The translations under genes were made by a program, and so were the position numbers. The notes under the pieces are model-generated. The model was not told where the DNA came from, did no database searches, and was given only the letters and a program-made list of their open reading frames with translations. A DNA stretch of 29,545 nt from Verrucomicrobiales bacterium (GTDB lineage Bacteria; Verrucomicrobiota; Verrucomicrobiia; Verrucomicrobiales; SLCJ01). Positions 26,910 to 29,545 of this stretch are shown in pieces (position 1 is the first letter of the stretch; every line of letters starts with the position of its first letter). The stretch covers positions 1 through 29,545 of the forward strand of contig JBJTQJ010000099.1 in the NCBI GenBank assembly GCA_046075565.1, in the 5' to 3' direction.

Positions 26910-27824
26910 TCACCACTCCATGGGCACGCCCTCGGTGAGCACATGGACGCGGCTCTGGAATTCGCGACGACGTGCGTCGGCGAGCAAGCGTTGCACGGGT
27001 TCGTGAGGGGCCTCGTTGCCGAGGGGAAAACTGCCATAATGCATCGGCACCATGTGGGCGGCCCCGAGATCCTCAAAAGCCTGGAGGGCTTCTTCGGGAT
27101 TCATGTGCACGTCGCGTCCGCTTGGTGCCTCATAGGCACCGATGGGCAGGAGGGCGAGATCGATCGCATAGGAGGCACCGATGGTGCGGAATCCATCGAA
27201 GTAAGCCGAGTCACCGCAGTGGAAAATTGATTTGCTGCCTGACATGATCACGTAGCCGCCGTAGTCGCGGTGGGTATCGTGAATGTAACGCGCACCCCAA
27301 TGGTGGGCGGGCGTGTGAACGATGCGGAGACCGTTGTTCGTCCACTCCTCCCAGATCCCCATTTCAATCACCTGGGAGAATCCGAGCGAGCGCACCAGCG
27401 CGGCCGAACCACGCGGCACCACGATGCCATGGCGGGCGTTGATGGCACGCAGGGATTTTTTGTGGAGGTGGTCGTAGTGTGCGTGGGTCACTAGCACGGC
27501 ATCGAGCGGCGGAAGATGATCCAGTGGGATGCCGGGCAGGCGGATGCGTTTGATAATTCCGTGCCAAAGCGCCCAGTTCGGATCGACCAGCACATTGTGG
27601 CAGGAGGTCTGCACAAGAAACGAGGCATGGCCAATCCACGTCACCCGGATATTCCCTTCCGACGGGGGAGAAAAATCCGGACGCAAGGACTCCCCGCCGC
27701 GGGCTCGGAAAATGCCGGGCACGATATGCTGGCGGAGCAGCCGATAATTCCGCTTCGGCCACCCTTTCTTGAGCAGAAGGCCGGAATAGTTGTCTTTTTT
27801 GGGGGGCTCGGTGTTGCTCGCCAT
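26910..27824 (-). CDS. MBL-fold metallohydrolase (NAPE-PLD/RomA-like)
   Basis: WIGHASFL, VDP, THAHYDH (HxHxDH), PAHHW, GDSAY, PIGAY, HMNPEEA, PMHYG. Confidence 0.9.
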   Translation of the reverse strand: MASNTEPPKKDNYSGLLLKKGWPKRNYRLLRQHIVPGIFRARGGESLRPDFSPPSEGNIRVTWIGHASFLVQTSCHNVLVDPNWALWHGIIKRIRLPGIPLDHLPPLDAVLVTHAHYDHLHKKSLRAINARHGIVVPRGSAALVRSLGFSQVIEMGIWEEWTNNGLRIVHTPAHHWGARYIHDTHRDYGGYVIMSGSKSIFHCGDSAYFDGFRTIGASYAIDLALLPIGAYEAPSGRDVHMNPEEALQAFEDLGAAHMVPMHYGSFPLGNEAPHEPVQRLLADARRREFQSRVHVLTEGVPMEW

Positions 27825-27971
27825 TGGTCCTCGCTACTGGGCAAGTTTGCCCGTTCTCCGCTACGTTGCAATCGGGGAAATCGGGAACTTCCGAACCAAA
27901 AAACCGGTCCGCGGAAAAATATTTGAGCAACACCCCCCGCCAGTATCGTAACCGTTAAATTCCAACACCTC

Positions 27972-28694
27972 ATGAAACGCCGCACTTTTCTGACTACCGC
28001 CACCACAGCCGCCGCCGCCTCTGTGTTGCAATCCCAAGCCGGAGCCGCAACCGCGCCTGATTTTTCACTGACTCTCGCGCCGCTCCCCTACTCTGCCGAT
28101 GCGCTGGAACCTCACGTCGATGCCGCGACCATGGGCATCCACCACGGCAAACACCACGCCGCGTATCTGACCAATCTGACGAAGGCGCTCGATGAGAATC
28201 AAATCAAGACCACCGACACCCTCGCCTTGATCCGGGATCTCCAGGCCCTGCCCGCCGCCATCCAGACCACCGTGCGCAACAATGGCGGCGGCCATGTGAA
28301 CCACACGCTTTTCTGGCGATGGATGGCACCCGCGGGTGCGGGTCCGGCGGCTCCCGATGGGAAACTGGCCGAGGCCATCCAGACCACTTTCGGGGGACTG
28401 GACGGATTCCAGAAGGCCTTCGCCGAGGCGGCCGCCAAACGATTCGGTTCGGGCTGGGCCTGGTTGATTGTCAAATCCGATGGCAAACTTGCCGTGACCT
28501 CGACCGCCAATCAGGACAACCCCTGGATGAAAGGCATCGTGCCCGAAGCCGAACTGGGCACACCCGTGCTCGGACTGGATGTCTGGGAACATGCCTACTA
28601 CCTGAATTATCAAAACAGACGTGCTGACTATATCACCAACTGGTGGAAAATTGTCAACTGGAATTTCGTGCAACAAAATTTTGACAAAGCCTGA
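27972..28694 (+). CDS. sodA: Tat-exported Fe/Mn superoxide dismutase (Mn-type signature)
   Basis: MKRRTFL twin-arginine signal, LPY..DALEPH, HHGKHH, NNGGGHVNH, FGSGWAWL, NQD, DVWEHAYY. Confidence 0.92.
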   Translation: MKRRTFLTTATTAAAASVLQSQAGAATAPDFSLTLAPLPYSADALEPHVDAATMGIHHGKHHAAYLTNLTKALDENQIKTTDTLALIRDLQALPAAIQTTVRNNGGGHVNHTLFWRWMAPAGAGPAAPDGKLAEAIQTTFGGLDGFQKAFAEAAAKRFGSGWAWLIVKSDGKLAVTSTANQDNPWMKGIVPEAELGTPVLGLDVWEHAYYLNYQNRRADYITNWWKIVNWNFVQQNFDKA

Positions 28695-28719
28695 TTGCTC
28701 ATTCATTAAAATAAATAAC

Positions 28720-29133
28720 GTGCAAGTACAAGTAAACTGGGTAAATGCCCTCGCTTTTGATCTGAGTTCAACTGAATCCAATCATGTAGTTCGAATTGAT
28801 GCTTCTGTTGAGTCGGGCGGAACAGATACAGGTCTGAACCCAAAAAAACTTTTGCTAGGTTCACTTTGTGGCTGCAGCGGAATAGATGTCGTGGACATTC
28901 TGAAAAAAATGAAAGTTCCTTTTCAGCGGATTGAAATCAGCGCTCAAGCTGAACAAACAGATGAAACACCGAAGACATTTCGCTTCATTCACATGATCTA
29001 CAAAACAGATGCGGCACCTGAAGATGCAGACAAAGTGGCCCGCGCCGTTTCACTCTCCCATGAAAAGTATTGTGGCATCTCTGCTATGTTAGCCAAGCAT
29101 TGTCCCATCACTTATGAGATCGCTCATTTTTAA
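28720..29133 (+). CDS. OsmC/YhfA-family protein
   Basis: GTG start at 28720. Motifs P..LLLGSLCGCSGIDVV and SLSHEKYCGIS (two conserved Cys). Confidence 0.88.
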   Translation: MQVQVNWVNALAFDLSSTESNHVVRIDASVESGGTDTGLNPKKLLLGSLCGCSGIDVVDILKKMKVPFQRIEISAQAEQTDETPKTFRFIHMIYKTDAAPEDADKVARAVSLSHEKYCGISAMLAKHCPITYEIAHF

Positions 29134-29160
29134 TACAGGTACAACTCAAAAACGCCAACC

Positions 29161-29545
29161 CTGAATAAAGCACAACAAAACCTACGGCTTCAACAATACA
29201 TTACTGCAGTCAGTATTTTCCTGCTGCTGGCAAAAATGGCTGCCTATTGGTTTACCCATTCCCTTGCCATCCTCACGGATGCCCTGGAAAGCATCGTGAA
29301 TGTAATAGCCGGATTTGTTGGCTTGTACAGTTTATATGTGGCAGCCAAACCCAGAGACAGAGACCACCCTTATGGACATGGAAAGGCAGAGTTCGTTTCT
29401 GCTGCAGTGGAAGGAACCCTGATCGTAGCTGCAGGGCTACTGATCATCTATGAAGCCGTCAACGATTTCATCACTCCAAGAACAATTCACCAACTGGATA
29501 CCGGTTGTTGGATCATTGCAGGTACGGCCCTGATGAATTATGTGG
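29161..29545 (+). CDS. Cation diffusion facilitator (FieF-like) transporter, 5' part
   Basis: Not in the ORF track. Reads (L)NKAQQNLRLQ...KMAAYWFTHSLAILTDALESIVNV...KPRDRDHPYGHGKAEFVSAAVEG, the CDF signature. Runs off the window. Confidence 0.9.
   Translation, partial: MNKAQQNLRLQQYITAVSIFLLLAKMAAYWFTHSLAILTDALESIVNVIAGFVGLYSLYVAAKPRDRDHPYGHGKAEFVSAAVEGTLIVAAGLLIIYEAVNDFITPRTIHQLDTGCWIIAGTALMNYV

Noticed and set aside
28621-28719. Longer OsmC ORF start overlapping sodA
   Set aside because: It overlaps the sod 3' end. GTG at 28720 gives a typical family length.
29247-29453. 68-aa ORF in the track
   Set aside because: Off-frame to the CDF transporter gene.

Overview
High-GC bacterial sequence that looks verrucomicrobial. 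This is inferred from the MurC-MurB fusion, a LysM gene inside the dcw cluster and a divergent FtsZ. The core (3691-23029, minus strand) is a complete division/cell-wall operon: mraZ-rsmH-ftsL-ftsI-murE-murF-mraY-murD-LysM-ftsW-murG-murC/B-ddl-ftsQ-ftsA-ftsZ, with 10-bp-periodic MraZ-type boxes upstream and a divergent fbaA. Left of it are the 5' end of a Fe/Mn SOD, a Tat-exported GH109 with an extra C-terminal domain, and a compact ~705-bp unit. That unit carries a REP-associated-type (RAYT/Y1 HUH) transposase and its own promoter, is bounded by identical 14-bp direct repeats, and both neighbouring ORFs appear cut at those repeats. Right of fbaA are gene remnants, a GH29 fucosidase, an MBL-fold hydrolase and a Tat-exported SOD. 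Inside that SOD the composition switches abruptly to AT-richer, Bacteroidota-like sequence (OsmC-family gene, CDF transporter), suggesting an assembly chimera or a recombination junction. No rRNA, tRNA or CRISPR array was seen. The RAYT unit is the best candidate for something undescribed; most of the rest is ordinary housekeeping.
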